From the NCBI GenBank assembly GCA_040386535.1, contig JAZKFH010000003.1:32001-96000 (forward strand): a stretch of 64,000 nt of DNA, given 5' to 3'. How positions within the stretch are numbered: position 1 is the stretch's first letter; every line of letters starts with the position of its first letter. The notes below the pieces were generated by a model that did no database searches, was not told the DNA's origin, and saw only the letters and a list, made by a program, of their open reading frames with translations. Shown here piece after piece: positions 39,078 to 49,070 of this stretch. This DNA is from Myxococcota bacterium. Lineage in GTDB: Bacteria; Myxococcota_A; UBA796; SXON01. The translations under genes were made by a program, and so were the position numbers.

Positions 39078-40585
39078 GGCCGCCAGCCCACGAGCAGGGC
39101 GGCGCGCGGCGTGAGGGTGCGGGCGCTGTCGACCGCGAGCACCGGCGCCTCCGCGCCCACGGTGAACAGGCCGACCCAGTGTGTGCGCTCGTAGCGGACG
39201 ATCGCGCCCGCGGTGACGACGGGGCCGAGCTGCACGCCGTCGGGCGTGAACCGGGCGAGCGCGCCCGTGCCGAGCTCCGGCCCGGCCGAGAGCGCGTCGC
39301 CCCAGGTCCAGCTCGCGAACGCGGTCGGGGTGACCGTCGGGAGCGAGCCCAGGTCGGACACGGGGCCCCAGGTGGGGAGGATCTGTACGCCCACCCCGGG
39401 CCGGCCGCCCCGCGGATCCGGCGGGCGGTACTCGCCGCGGAGGACGGGCGAGACGGCGGGGCTCAACGGATCGCCCAGCACGACCGGCGCCCACGCGGCG
39501 CCCACGGCGAGGGACAGATCCGCCTCGCGCCGATCGATGAGCCGCTCGAGCGAGACGCGGCTCCCGGGAGCGGCGTGTACGCGCCGGGCGAGCACGGTCT
39601 CCTCGTCCACGAGGACCTCCACGTCGTGCCACCCCCGCTCGAGGCCCCCGCCGCCGCGCGCGACCCCGTCCACGAGCACGGTCGCGCCCGCGGGCAGCGA
39701 CGCCAGCCCGGTGAGGATGGCCCGGCGCGCGCGTGTGCGCTGGGCATCGGTCCCCGTCAGGTAGATGGGGACCCGCCCCTCCTCCTCGACGCGGATCCAC
39801 GGCACCTGCAGCCCCGACGTGTACGTGAGCGTCCGGTCGCGCGCCCACTCGTGCGCCTCGCTCACGTCGACCAGGCCGTCCCCGTCGGCGTCACCCTCTC
39901 CCCTCAGCCCCTCGAGGAGGAAGTGTGTGTACACGCCGTTCTGGAGCGCCTCCGACTCCAACGCCGGGTCGAGCGGGCGCGCCGCGAACAGCTGCGCGTC
40001 CGAACGCCCGAGCTCGAGCAGGCCGGGTGTCGGCACCGCCCCCCGGGAGCGCTGGATCAAGGCGCGCGTGTCGGTGGACAGCCCGGAGCGCCCCTGCCCC
40101 GCGTGGCAGGCGTCCACGATGAGCGCGCGGCGGCGGGCGGGGAGCGCCGCGAGCCGCGCGGCGAGCGCGTCCTCGGCGAGGGCGGTGGAGCGGGGGGCGG
40201 ACAGCAGCGCGTCGCTCGGCAGGAGGTAGAGGTCGGACTCGCCGGTGGACAGATCGATCGTGCCGTGGCCGGCGAAGTAGAGGACGAAGAGGTCGTCGCG
40301 GTGGAGGCGGCGCCCCACGTCGTCCAGCACACTCTCGAGCGTCGCGCGGTCCACGCGCCCGTCGAGCAGCTGGACCTCGTCGAAGTCACCGAGGTTCGGG
40401 TCGCGGAGGAGATCGGCCACGTCGGTGGCGTCCTTGGCGGCGAAGCGGAGGTCGTTCAGCGTCGGGTCGTCGTAGGTGTCCACACCGACGACCACGGCGA
40501 CACGGCGGGACGCGCGCACAGCGCTCAGGCCCGCGGGGGCGGGCGTGGTGATGATGGCCGCGAGCGCTGCGCCGACGAAGATCAA
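39074..40585 (-). CDS. Caspase-family (C14) protein, probably exported, with PEGA-like and C-terminal beta-strand-rich region
   Basis: AVVVGVDTY, LRFAAKDA, YFAGHG, IVDACHAG, GVYTHFLLEGLRGEGDADGDG; TTG start overlapping the upstream stop. Confidence 0.88.
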   Translation of the reverse strand: MIFVGAALAAIITTPAPAGLSAVRASRRVAVVVGVDTYDDPTLNDLRFAAKDATDVADLLRDPNLGDFDEVQLLDGRVDRATLESVLDDVGRRLHRDDLFVLYFAGHGTIDLSTGESDLYLLPSDALLSAPRSTALAEDALAARLAALPARRRALIVDACHAGQGRSGLSTDTRALIQRSRGAVPTPGLLELGRSDAQLFAARPLDPALESEALQNGVYTHFLLEGLRGEGDADGDGLVDVSEAHEWARDRTLTYTSGLQVPWIRVEEEGRVPIYLTGTDAQRTRARRAILTGLASLPAGATVLVDGVARGGGGLERGWHDVEVLVDEETVLARRVHAAPGSRVSLERLIDRREADLSLAVGAAWAPVVLGDPLSPAVSPVLRGEYRPPDPRGGRPGVGVQILPTWGPVSDLGSLPTVTPTAFASWTWGDALSAGPELGTGALARFTPDGVQLGPVVTAGAIVRYERTHWVGLFTVGAEAPVLAVDSARTLTPRAALLVGWRP

Positions 40586-41160
40586 CGGACCTCGACCTCC
40601 CAGGTGTCACAGGAGGGCGCGTCGCAACCCGCCGTCGCCGACGCGTGGAAGACGACACGTCCAGGGCGGTCGAAGGTCCAGGCGAGCAGCTCCTCGCCGG
40701 CGGACAGCATCGTGGCCTCCGTCGCGACGGTGATCGTGGAGAGCGGGGTGGGGGCGCCCGTCGGCTCCTCTGCCCACACGCGCACCTCGGCCGGCGCATC
40801 GGCGGCGACCTCGAAGAACACGGCCGTGCCGACGGCGACCGGCGCGCCGCGTCCGACCCGCTCAGGCGGATCCCCGACCGCGTAGAGGCGCAGCTCGACG
40901 CGCGCCGTGGGGCGATCGGCGGCTCCGCGCGCCGCAAGGACATCCGGCCTCGCGGGCGCCTCCTGTGACGGCAGGAGAGCGCGGACGGCCAACACCGCCG
41001 CGGCCGCCAGCGCGAGCGGCACGGCGGCGAGCGCGATCCATGGGCGCCGGCGTGCCGCGGGCGCGGCGGGCTCCGCGAACACGCGCGCCTCGTCGAGGGC
41101 GGGGGGGCCGCGCCGCGGGGTGAGCGCGCGTAGCGATCGGTCGAGCTCGTCGTCGTCCAT
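40582..41160 (-). CDS. Putative anti-sigma factor (single TM, periplasmic domain)
   Basis: Directly downstream of an ECF sigma; RRRPW + TM helix; LAARG linker. Confidence 0.65.
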   Translation of the reverse strand: MDDDELDRSLRALTPRRGPPALDEARVFAEPAAPAARRRPWIALAAVPLALAAAAVLAVRALLPSQEAPARPDVLAARGAADRPTARVELRLYAVGDPPERVGRGAPVAVGTAVFFEVAADAPAEVRVWAEEPTGAPTPLSTITVATEATMLSAGEELLAWTFDRPGRVVFHASATAGCDAPSCDTWEVEVR

Positions 41161-41191
41161 CACCCCTCGTACTCCCGGCGCCGCCGAATCG

Positions 41192-41704
41192 TTACACCAA
41201 CTCCCGGATCTTCTGCCGCGCGCGCGACAGGCGTGTGCGGACCGCCCCCGCGTCCATCCCGACGATCGGCGCGATCTCGCTCGGCTCGAAGCCCTCCGCG
41301 ACCAGCAACAGGATGGTGCGGTCCAGGCCCTCGAGCGCGAACAGGGCCTTGAGCAGCGTGAGCTTCGCCCCGACACGGTCCCGGTCGTCCACCAGGTCTT
41401 CCGCGAAGTCCTCCGGCACCGGGCGGCTCCACTGGTCGCGCCCGGCGTTGGCCGCCAGCGTGTACACCCACGCTCGGAAGGCCCGCTTCGGGTCATAGCT
41501 TGCGCGGAAGCGCCAGACGCGCGCCCACGTGTCCTGGAACGCGTCGTCCGCGACCGCCGCGCTCCCGAGGCGCCGCAGGAGGAACTTCCAGATCGGGTCC
41601 CGCCACCGCGCGAAGAGCACGTCGAACGCACGCCGATCGCTGGCCGAGACCGCCGCCATCAGTGCCTCGTCGGTCGCGGCGCTGTCGGCGCAGGTTGTGT
41701 CCAC
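41192..41704 (-). CDS. ECF RNA polymerase sigma factor
   Basis: DEALM, AFDVLF, DDAFQDTW, FRAWVYTLAAN, EIA...GAVRTRLSRAR. Confidence 0.92.
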   Translation of the reverse strand: MDTTCADSAATDEALMAAVSASDRRAFDVLFARWRDPIWKFLLRRLGSAAVADDAFQDTWARVWRFRASYDPKRAFRAWVYTLAANAGRDQWSRPVPEDFAEDLVDDRDRVGAKLTLLKALFALEGLDRTILLLVAEGFEPSEIAPIVGMDAGAVRTRLSRARQKIRELV

Positions 41705-41765
41705 GCGAGGGGCCTATCGCGCCGCCCTACCGCGGACGGGCGCACGATTTCCCACAAATGACATT

Positions 41766-41784
41766 GAAAATGAAAGTCGTTTTC
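41766..41784. promoter_or_regulatory. Fur-box-like operator upstream of the mxcI-like gene
   Basis: GAAAATGAAAGTCGTTTTC, 14/19 to GATAATGATAATCATTATC, in an AT-rich island. Confidence 0.7.
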
Positions 41785-41842
41785 ACTAAGACGCGGGTCG
41801 CGGTGCAGCTCGCGCCGCGACCCCGCCTTCTCGGAGCCTCCG

Positions 41843-43036
41843 ATGTCCGCCCTCCTCCCCCTCCTCGCCCTCGTCGCCTGCACCCCCAAGGACGCCGCCG
41901 AGGCGCCCACGGGCTCCGCCGACGGCTACGTCCTCGGCTCCGTGGTCATCACGCCCGACGGGCGCACCACCTACTTCCAGGTGCTGCCGGACCTCGATCC
42001 GGACGGGCCGGTCACCAACACCAACGCGGTCGAGGCCGCCGGCAACGGGGTGCTCCTCACCCACGGCCACGACATTTTCCTCGGGCTCGCGGAGTCTCCA
42101 GAGTGGGTTCGTTACACCGTCGGCGAGGACGGCACGCTTGCCGAGAGCGGCCGGATGTCGTTGGCCGGCAAGGGCTTCAGCTACGTCGACTACGGCAACG
42201 CCATCCTCGCCGACGACCTCGCCGTGTCGATCAGCACCGAGGCCGCGGTGGCCGTGACGTGGAACCCGAGCACGATGGAGATCCTCGACACCATCGAGCT
42301 GCCGCACCTCGTGCGCGAGGGGTACGGCGTCGAGGTGTGGACCACGATCGCGGAGGACGGCCTCGTCTACATCCCCGCGCGCTGGGCCGACTGGGAGGGT
42401 GGCCGCATCTACCCGCTCGTCTCCACCACCATCCTGGATCCGCGCACGGGCACGATCGTGGGGATCGCCGAGGACGACCGCTGCGCGAGCGGCGGCCGGA
42501 TCGTGTTCGACGAGGACGGCTACGGCTACGTCATGGGCGACGGCCGCAACTACGCGGCGCAGATGTTCGCCAACGCCGGCGGCGAGACGGCGGCGCCCAA
42601 CTGCATCTTGCGGATCGCCCCCGGCGAGACCGACTACGAGGCCGACTACCACGTCGAGATCCCGGCGCTGACCGGCGGCTACGAGTCCGCCACCGAGCTC
42701 GAATTCGCCAGCCAGGGCTCGGGCGTCGCCTTCACCTGGTTGTTCTACCCGGAGGAGCTGCCCGCGGGCGTCGAGCCGATCGACTTCGGCTTCTGGTCGT
42801 ATCCGGTCTTCAAGTTGTGGAAGATCACCCTCGGGGACGTTCCCGAGGCCGAGGAGGTCGACGGGGTTCCCTTCAGCGTGCTCGGCTTCGACGGCGCCTC
42901 GCTCGACGATCACCTGTACGTGGGCCTCGGCGACAACGAGGTCTCGGTGATCTACGAGGTGGACCCGGACGCGGGCACCGCCACGGAGCGGTTCACGATG
43001 GACGGCTACTTCTACGGCCTGTTCGCGCTGGAGTGA
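41843..43036 (+). CDS. MxcI-like iron-uptake-associated lipoprotein (beta-propeller-like)
   Basis: Lipobox LVAC; TWNPSTMEI, EDDRC, CILRIAPGET..EADY resemble myxobacterial MxcI-type proteins; Fur box upstream. Confidence 0.65.
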   Translation: MSALLPLLALVACTPKDAAEAPTGSADGYVLGSVVITPDGRTTYFQVLPDLDPDGPVTNTNAVEAAGNGVLLTHGHDIFLGLAESPEWVRYTVGEDGTLAESGRMSLAGKGFSYVDYGNAILADDLAVSISTEAAVAVTWNPSTMEILDTIELPHLVREGYGVEVWTTIAEDGLVYIPARWADWEGGRIYPLVSTTILDPRTGTIVGIAEDDRCASGGRIVFDEDGYGYVMGDGRNYAAQMFANAGGETAAPNCILRIAPGETDYEADYHVEIPALTGGYESATELEFASQGSGVAFTWLFYPEELPAGVEPIDFGFWSYPVFKLWKITLGDVPEAEEVDGVPFSVLGFDGASLDDHLYVGLGDNEVSVIYEVDPDAGTATERFTMDGYFYGLFALE

Positions 43037-43064
43037 GCCACGCGAACTGCCCGTCGCCCATCTT

Positions 43065-43089
43065 GAAAATGATATTGACGTTCATTATC
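43065..43089. promoter_or_regulatory. Overlapping Fur-box-like operators upstream of the PepSY-TM gene
   Basis: GAAAATGATATTGACGTTCATTATC; GATATTGACGTTCATTATC (43071-43089) matches 15/19 and the 43065-43083 frame matches 13/19. Confidence 0.75.
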
Positions 43090-43155
43090 AAGACTGATTA
43101 GGTGGCGGGCGAGTTCGAGGTTCCCGATCCCCGGGGCGTCGTCGAGGGCTCCCCC

Positions 43156-44385
43156 ATGACATCCGTGCGACGTATCCTCGGCCTGCTCCACCGTTGGTTC
43201 GGCCTGTTCACCGCCGTGTTCCTGTTCATCTCGGGGCTCACCGGCGCGTTCATCTCGTTCGACCACGAGCTGGACGCGCTGATCAACCCGTCGTTCTCGA
43301 CCGCGCGCAGCGGCCCCGCGGCGCTGCCGATGCCGTCGGTCGTGCTCGCGGACCGCATCGAGAGCGCCGACCCCCGCGTCCGTGTCACCTACCTGCCGCT
43401 CTCCACCGAGCCGGGCCACGCGCTCCAGGTGTTCGTCGGGTCGCGGATCGACACCACCACCGGCCAGCCCTACACCCTCCCCTTCAACCAACTCGCGTTG
43501 GATCCGGCGTCCGGGGAGATCCAGGACTCCCGGGAGTGGGGCGCGGTCTCCCTCTCTCCCAAGAACGTGCTGTCGTTCCTGTACAAGCTGCACTACACGA
43601 TGCACATCCCGGACGCGTTCGGGCTCCCGCTCGGCGGGGTGTTCATGGGCATCGTGGCCATCGTGTGGACGCTCGATTGTTTCGTGTCACTCGTGATCTC
43701 GTTCCCGAGCCGCAAACTCTGGCGCCGCTCCTTCGCATTTTCGTGGCGTGAAGGCGGGCGGCGCCTCCTGTTCGACATCCATCGCTCCGGGGGCGTGTGG
43801 GTGTGGTCGTTGTTGCTCGTGCTCGCGGTCACCGCGATCTCGATGAACCTCGGCCACGAGGTGATGCGTCCCATCGTCTCGATGTTCTCCACGTTGACCC
43901 CCGATCCGTTCGATACGCGCAAGCCCAACCCGCCGGAGGATCCAATCGAGCCGCGGCTGGAAAGGGGCGAGGCCATCCGCATCGCCAGCGCCGAGGCCAC
44001 CGCGCGCGGGTGGGAGGCCCCCCCGGGCGGGATCTTCTACTCGCCCGACTACGGGCTTTACGGCGTCGGCTTCTTCACCGCGGAGAACGACCACGGCGAC
44101 GGCAGCCTCGGCAACCCCTGGATCTACGTCGACGGGCGGGACGGCACCCTCGCGGGCTCCGACGTGCCCGGCGAAGGCAGCGCGGGCGACCTGTTCCTCC
44201 AGGCCCAGTTCCCCGTCCACTCCGGGCGCCTCTTCGGCCTCCCCGGGCGGATCCTCGTCTCGGCGATGGGCCTCGCGGTGGCCGCGCTCTCGGCGACAGG
44301 CGTGTACTTCTGGGCGCGCCGGCGATTCGTGCGGGCGCGCACCGTCGCGGCGCCCGAGGCGCTCGTGCTCGAGGCCCAACGGTGA
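43156..44385 (+). CDS. PepSY-associated TM helix domain protein (iron-regulated membrane reductase-like)
   Basis: LHRWFGL, SGLTG, LYKLHY, FDIHRSGG, PVHSG, TGVYFW. Confidence 0.9.
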   Translation: MTSVRRILGLLHRWFGLFTAVFLFISGLTGAFISFDHELDALINPSFSTARSGPAALPMPSVVLADRIESADPRVRVTYLPLSTEPGHALQVFVGSRIDTTTGQPYTLPFNQLALDPASGEIQDSREWGAVSLSPKNVLSFLYKLHYTMHIPDAFGLPLGGVFMGIVAIVWTLDCFVSLVISFPSRKLWRRSFAFSWREGGRRLLFDIHRSGGVWVWSLLLVLAVTAISMNLGHEVMRPIVSMFSTLTPDPFDTRKPNPPEDPIEPRLERGEAIRIASAEATARGWEAPPGGIFYSPDYGLYGVGFFTAENDHGDGSLGNPWIYVDGRDGTLAGSDVPGEGSAGDLFLQAQFPVHSGRLFGLPGRILVSAMGLAVAALSATGVYFWARRRFVRARTVAAPEALVLEAQR

Positions 44386-44415
44386 CGGGCCGGGCGCCAC
44401 GCGCTATCTGCGCGC

Positions 44416-47400
44416 ATGCGCCCCTTGGCACCCGGCGAGGTGATTGACGGCTTCCGGATCGTCCGCCCGCTGGGACACGGTGGGATGGGCGCGGTGTACC
44501 TCGCGCACGACGAGGCGCTCGACCGCCCGACCGCGCTCAAGGTCATCAAGGCGGACCACCCCACGGCCGATCTGCGCCAACGCTTCCAGACGGAGGCACG
44601 CGCACTCGCACGGTTGAACCACCCGAACGTGGTCAGCGTGTACCGGTTCGGCGATGTCGAGGGCGTGCCCTACCTCGCCTACGAGTTCATCGAGGGTGAG
44701 CCGCTCGACCAGGTGCCGTGGCCCCTCCCGTGGAAGCGGGTGCTCGCCATCGGCATCGGCCTGGCGCGCGGAGTGGCGGCGGCGCACGCGCAGGAGGTGC
44801 TCCACCGCGACATCAAGCCGCCCAACATCATCGTGATGCCCGATGGTACGGTCAAGCTCCTCGACTTCGGGCTTGCCGTGCTCGCAGACGACCTGGGGGA
44901 CGCCGGGGCGACCTCACGCCAGACCTCCGCGGGGCTCGTCCCGGGCACACCCGCGTACGTCGCGCCGGAGCGTTGGTTCGGCGCGCCGGCCTCGACCGCG
45001 GCGGACGTGTGGGCCCTCGGGATGGTGCTCCGCACGCTGCTCACCGGCCGCCACGCGCTCCACGGAGTGGCGCTGGTCGACATCCCGCGCACGGTGTCGC
45101 GCGCGGACTTCCCGCCGGTCGCCGGCGAGGTGCCCGGCCTGCCCGCGATGTTCGGCGACCTGGTCGACCGCTGCGCCGCCCTCCACGAGTGGCGCCGGCC
45201 GCCCAACGGCGGGGCCGTGCTCGACGCGCTGTTGTCCCTGCAGACCCTCCTGGCCGCCTTCGAGTCGCCTTCCTCCGCGGGCGGATCCGACACGATCGGC
45301 GTCGTCGAGGCCTCGTTCACCCGGGTCCAGCCGCGCGCACGGGCGCTCGGCGCGCGCTTCTACGAGCGGCTCTTCGCCGCCGCTCCGGAGCTGCGCGCGC
45401 TGTTCCCGGCGGAGATGGAAGCCCAGCGCGAGAAGCTGGTGGGCGCGCTCCACACCCTCGTCGAACACCTGCGCGATCCCGACACCCTGCTCCCATTCCT
45501 GCGCGGGCTCGGGCGTCGCCACCAGGCGTACGGAGTGGTGGCCGCGCACTTCGATCCGGTGGGCGACGCCCTCCTCGGCGCGCTGGGGGAGCTCGATCCC
45601 GACTGGAGCCCGGGGGTCGAGGCGGGGTGGAGCGCGGCGTGGGGGCAGGTCGTGCGCGGGATGTTGTCCGGAATGCACACGGCGAGCGCCGCCAGCGAGA
45701 CGCTGGAGAGCCTCCCGGACGCGGTCGGGCTCGCGGGTGGGCGCCAGCCTTCGCAGGGCGCGGAGCGGCCCCCGGCGGCCCCGCACGGCGCCCAAGCCAT
45801 TGCGTCCGTCTCCCCCAGCGCCCCCAGCGCCCCGAGCGCCAGCCCGAGCCCCAACACCCCGAGCCCGAGCGCCGCCCCGAGCGCCACCAGCCTCCCCGAC
45901 CTCTCCTTGCTCCCCGCCCCGATCACCCGCTTCTTCGGGCGCGTGCAGGAGGTCGCGGACATCGGCGCGCTCGTGGCCGGCGGCGCCCGGCTGGTGACGG
46001 TGCTCGGGCTCGGCGGCCTGGGAAAGACGCGGCTCGTGTTGGAGGCGGCGCGCCACATCCTGGAGCCTCCGCACGCGGGAGGTTTCACGCGCGTCGGTTG
46101 GGTGCCGCTGGCCGACGCGCGCGGTCGGGACGCCGCGGTGCAGATCCTGCTGCGCGCCCTCGGCGTGAAGGAGGTGCTGGGCGACCCGATGGACGCGCTC
46201 GTCGCCGCCATGGCGCGCGGCCGCACGCTCCTCGTGCTCGACAACCTCGAGCACCTCGTCGACCCCCTCGCCGACGTGATCGCGACGCTGCTGGAGCGCG
46301 CCCCTGGGCTCACGTGCCTCGTCACGTCGCAACGCGCCCTCGAACTGTTCGGGGAGGCCGTGTACCGCCTCGCGCCGCTCCCCCTCCCCGATCCCGACGA
46401 CGCCGAGCTCGCCCACACCCCCGCCCTCCTCCTGTTCGCCGACCGCGCGCGGCTCCACCGCCCCGGGTTCGAGCTCGACGCCACGACCGTCCGCCTCGTC
46501 GCCGCCCTCGCGCGCCGCCTCGACGGCCTGCCCCTCGCAATCGAGCTCGCCGCCGCCCGCGCCGGCCAGACCGACCTCGCCGCGCTCGTGGCGCGCCTCG
46601 ACTCCGACCTCGGCGCCCTCGCCGACCGCAGCCGCAATCGCCCCGACCGCCAGCGCTCGCTCGTAGCGGCGCTCCGGTGGACCAGCGGGCTGCTGCTCCC
46701 CGAGCGCCTGACCCTGTTCGCCCGCCTCTCCGTGTTCCCCGGGGAGCTCGACAGCGCCGACGTGCGCGCTGTCCTCGGCGCCGATCTGCACGGCCCTGAC
46801 GACATCGACGACGCCCTCACCGACCTCGCCCAGAGCTCCCTGCTCGTGCCCCTCCCCGACGCGCCCGGCCGGTACCGCGCCCTCTCCACGGTGCGCGCCT
46901 ACGCCGCCACCCTGCTCGACGAGGCCGAGTCCGCCGTGCTCCGTGAGCGCTTCCGGGCCCACTTCGTCGGCCTCGCGGTCGCGTGGAGCCGCTCCCTCGG
47001 CACCCCGGACGCCGCCGCGCGCTCCGCCCGGCTCGACCGCGCCTGGCCGAACCTCATGGCGGCTCTTGAGAGCGCCCCCGCGGAGGTCGTCGCCACCGTC
47101 CTCGGGGACACCCCCGTCCACGTGCTCTGGACCGGCCGGTTCGCGGAGATGTTGCCGCGCTTCGACCCCTTCGCCCCCACCGAGGCCCTCGCCGCGCTGC
47201 CTCCCGCCGTACGCGCCAACCTGGTCCGCGCCGGCCACCGCCTCTCGGTCGTCGGCGGAGACGCGAAGCGGGCGGCTACGTGGCGCGCCCACGTCGCCTG
47301 GTGCCTGGAGGAGGAGCAGCTCCCCGACCTGCAGCGCCGCGGCCTGGAGTCCGAGCTCTCGATCACCGCGATCGATCGCGGCTGCTTCGCCGAGGCCGAG

Positions 47401-48171
47401 GCCATCGTCGAGCGTCATCGCCGCCACTCCGAGGTCAACGGCCTCCGCCGCGCCCTGGCCATGAACCTGGACTCCCTGGCGAGGATCGCCTACTTCCGGG
47501 GAGACTCCGCGCGGGCGGCCGAGCACGCCGCGGGCGCCTGGGAGATCGCGAGCGAGCTCGGCGATCCGCAGCTGAGCGACGTGGTCCTGGTGATGCGCGC
47601 CACCGTCGAGACCGCCGCGGGCCGCCTCACCGACGCAGGCGCCACCCTCCATGAGGTGCGGGACCTCCGCCGGCTGGCCGGCCGCCCGGTCGAGGACGGC
47701 GCAACCCTGGTCCTCGGCGTCGGCATCGCCCTGGAGGAGGGGCGGCTCGATGACGCCTGGGCCGCCGCCATCGCGGGCGAGCGCGCCAACCGGAACCACG
47801 GCCGGCTGCGGATCTACTGCTTCGATCTGCTCGCGCAGGTCGCCTTCGCGCGCGGCGACCATCCCCGCGCCATCGCCGAGGCCGAGCGCACCCAGGCCGG
47901 CTTCGCGGCCATCCTGCGCCCCGTCGAGCTGCCCCGCACCGCGATCCTCCGCGCCCGCTCCCTCCACCGCCTCGGCGATCCCGGCGCGCGCGCCGCCCTC
48001 GAGGCCGCCACCCGCAGCCTGCTCGCCATCGAGGGCCACCGCGGCGCCGACAAGCTGTTCGACGCGTGGCGTGAGGCCGAGCCCGCTCGGGAGTGGCCCG
48101 CCGCGGGGACGTTGGCGGATGGGGCGTGGCGGGGGTTGTTCGATGGGGAGGGGCGGCTCCTCCAGGCCTGA
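44416..48171 (+). CDS. Ser/Thr kinase - globin - STAND (predicted ATPase) - TPR-like fusion protein
   Basis: GHGGMG, ALK, HRDIKPPN, DFG, APE; globin FYERLF..F..Q..GRRH; GLGGLGKT, LVLDNLEH, LDGLPLAIELAAAR; helical C-terminus. Confidence 0.9.
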   Translation: MRPLAPGEVIDGFRIVRPLGHGGMGAVYLAHDEALDRPTALKVIKADHPTADLRQRFQTEARALARLNHPNVVSVYRFGDVEGVPYLAYEFIEGEPLDQVPWPLPWKRVLAIGIGLARGVAAAHAQEVLHRDIKPPNIIVMPDGTVKLLDFGLAVLADDLGDAGATSRQTSAGLVPGTPAYVAPERWFGAPASTAADVWALGMVLRTLLTGRHALHGVALVDIPRTVSRADFPPVAGEVPGLPAMFGDLVDRCAALHEWRRPPNGGAVLDALLSLQTLLAAFESPSSAGGSDTIGVVEASFTRVQPRARALGARFYERLFAAAPELRALFPAEMEAQREKLVGALHTLVEHLRDPDTLLPFLRGLGRRHQAYGVVAAHFDPVGDALLGALGELDPDWSPGVEAGWSAAWGQVVRGMLSGMHTASAASETLESLPDAVGLAGGRQPSQGAERPPAAPHGAQAIASVSPSAPSAPSASPSPNTPSPSAAPSATSLPDLSLLPAPITRFFGRVQEVADIGALVAGGARLVTVLGLGGLGKTRLVLEAARHILEPPHAGGFTRVGWVPLADARGRDAAVQILLRALGVKEVLGDPMDALVAAMARGRTLLVLDNLEHLVDPLADVIATLLERAPGLTCLVTSQRALELFGEAVYRLAPLPLPDPDDAELAHTPALLLFADRARLHRPGFELDATTVRLVAALARRLDGLPLAIELAAARAGQTDLAALVARLDSDLGALADRSRNRPDRQRSLVAALRWTSGLLLPERLTLFARLSVFPGELDSADVRAVLGADLHGPDDIDDALTDLAQSSLLVPLPDAPGRYRALSTVRAYAATLLDEAESAVLRERFRAHFVGLAVAWSRSLGTPDAAARSARLDRAWPNLMAALESAPAEVVATVLGDTPVHVLWTGRFAEMLPRFDPFAPTEALAALPPAVRANLVRAGHRLSVVGGDAKRAATWRAHVAWCLEEEQLPDLQRRGLESELSITAIDRGCFAEAEAIVERHRRHSEVNGLRRALAMNLDSLARIAYFRGDSARAAEHAAGAWEIASELGDPQLSDVVLVMRATVETAAGRLTDAGATLHEVRDLRRLAGRPVEDGATLVLGVGIALEEGRLDDAWAAAIAGERANRNHGRLRIYCFDLLAQVAFARGDHPRAIAEAERTQAGFAAILRPVELPRTAILRARSLHRLGDPGARAALEAATRSLLAIEGHRGADKLFDAWREAEPAREWPAAGTLADGAWRGLFDGEGRLLQA

Positions 48172-48185
48172 ACGCGCCGCGGCGC

Positions 48186-49070
48186 CTACGCGTGCACCAA
48201 CCCGAGACGCGCCCGACACTCCTCCACCGTCGCGATCGCCCGCCCCTGGTCCCGCACCATGCGCACGGCCTTGGCGACGAGATCGCCGTTGGAACGCGCC
48301 ATCTCGCCGGGGGTGAGGTAGAAGTTGTCCTCCAACCCCACCCGCACGTTGCCGCCCATCGACGCGCCCGCCGCCAGCAGCCGCCACTGATCGAGGGAGA
48401 GCGCGATGACCTCCCAATCGCTGTTGGGCGGGAGCGACTCCACCTGACGCATCAGCTGGGCCACGGTGCCGGGTACGCCGCCGATGACACCCATGATCAG
48501 CGAGACTTGGAAGGGCGCACCCAACAGTCCCATGTCGATGAGCGGGTACAGGCTCCCAACATGCCCCGCGTCGAAACACTCACACTCGGGCTTGATGCCC
48601 GCGGCGTTCATGCCTTCGAGCAGCGCGCGGATCTCCGAGAACGGATTGGGGAACACGAAGTCGAACACGAAGCTCTTCTTCTTCGTGTTGTACTTCGCGT
48701 AGTTCATCGACCCCATGTTCAGCGCGGCCACCGCGGGCTTGACCGCCTGGAGGTAGGCCAGCCGCTTCTCGATCGACACATCCAACGCGCCGGTCGAGAA
48801 GTTGATGATCACCGGGCACTCGGCCACGATCGCGTCGCGAATGGCCTGGTAGTCGGCAACCTCGAAGCTCGGCGCGCCGTCGGGCGATCGGGCGTGCAGG
48901 TGCACCGCGGCGGCGCCGGCCTCGTAGGCGCGCTTTGCCTCGGCCGCGTACTCCTCGGGTGTGTAGGGGATCGCGGCACATTGGGCGCGGTTCGCCACCA
49001 CGCCGGAGAGCGCGGCGGTGACCATGCACGGGCGCGAGGGGTCCTGATTTGGGCGGGAGTAGAGGTCCAT
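48186..49070 (-). CDS. Beta-keto acid cleavage enzyme (3-keto-5-aminohexanoate cleavage family)
   Basis: IPYTPEE, GAAAVHLHAR, NFSTG, KPECECFD, NVRVGLEDN. Confidence 0.92.
   Translation of the reverse strand: MDLYSRPNQDPSRPCMVTAALSGVVANRAQCAAIPYTPEEYAAEAKRAYEAGAAAVHLHARSPDGAPSFEVADYQAIRDAIVAECPVIINFSTGALDVSIEKRLAYLQAVKPAVAALNMGSMNYAKYNTKKKSFVFDFVFPNPFSEIRALLEGMNAAGIKPECECFDAGHVGSLYPLIDMGLLGAPFQVSLIMGVIGGVPGTVAQLMRQVESLPPNSDWEVIALSLDQWRLLAAGASMGGNVRVGLEDNFYLTPGEMARSNGDLVAKAVRMVRDQGRAIATVEECRARLGLVHA

Noticed and set aside
44914..48579. Long antisense ORFs (also 34771-37740, 31858-34578, 24028-26160 and others)
   Set aside because: Shadow ORFs typical of high-GC DNA, lying opposite genes with clear motifs.
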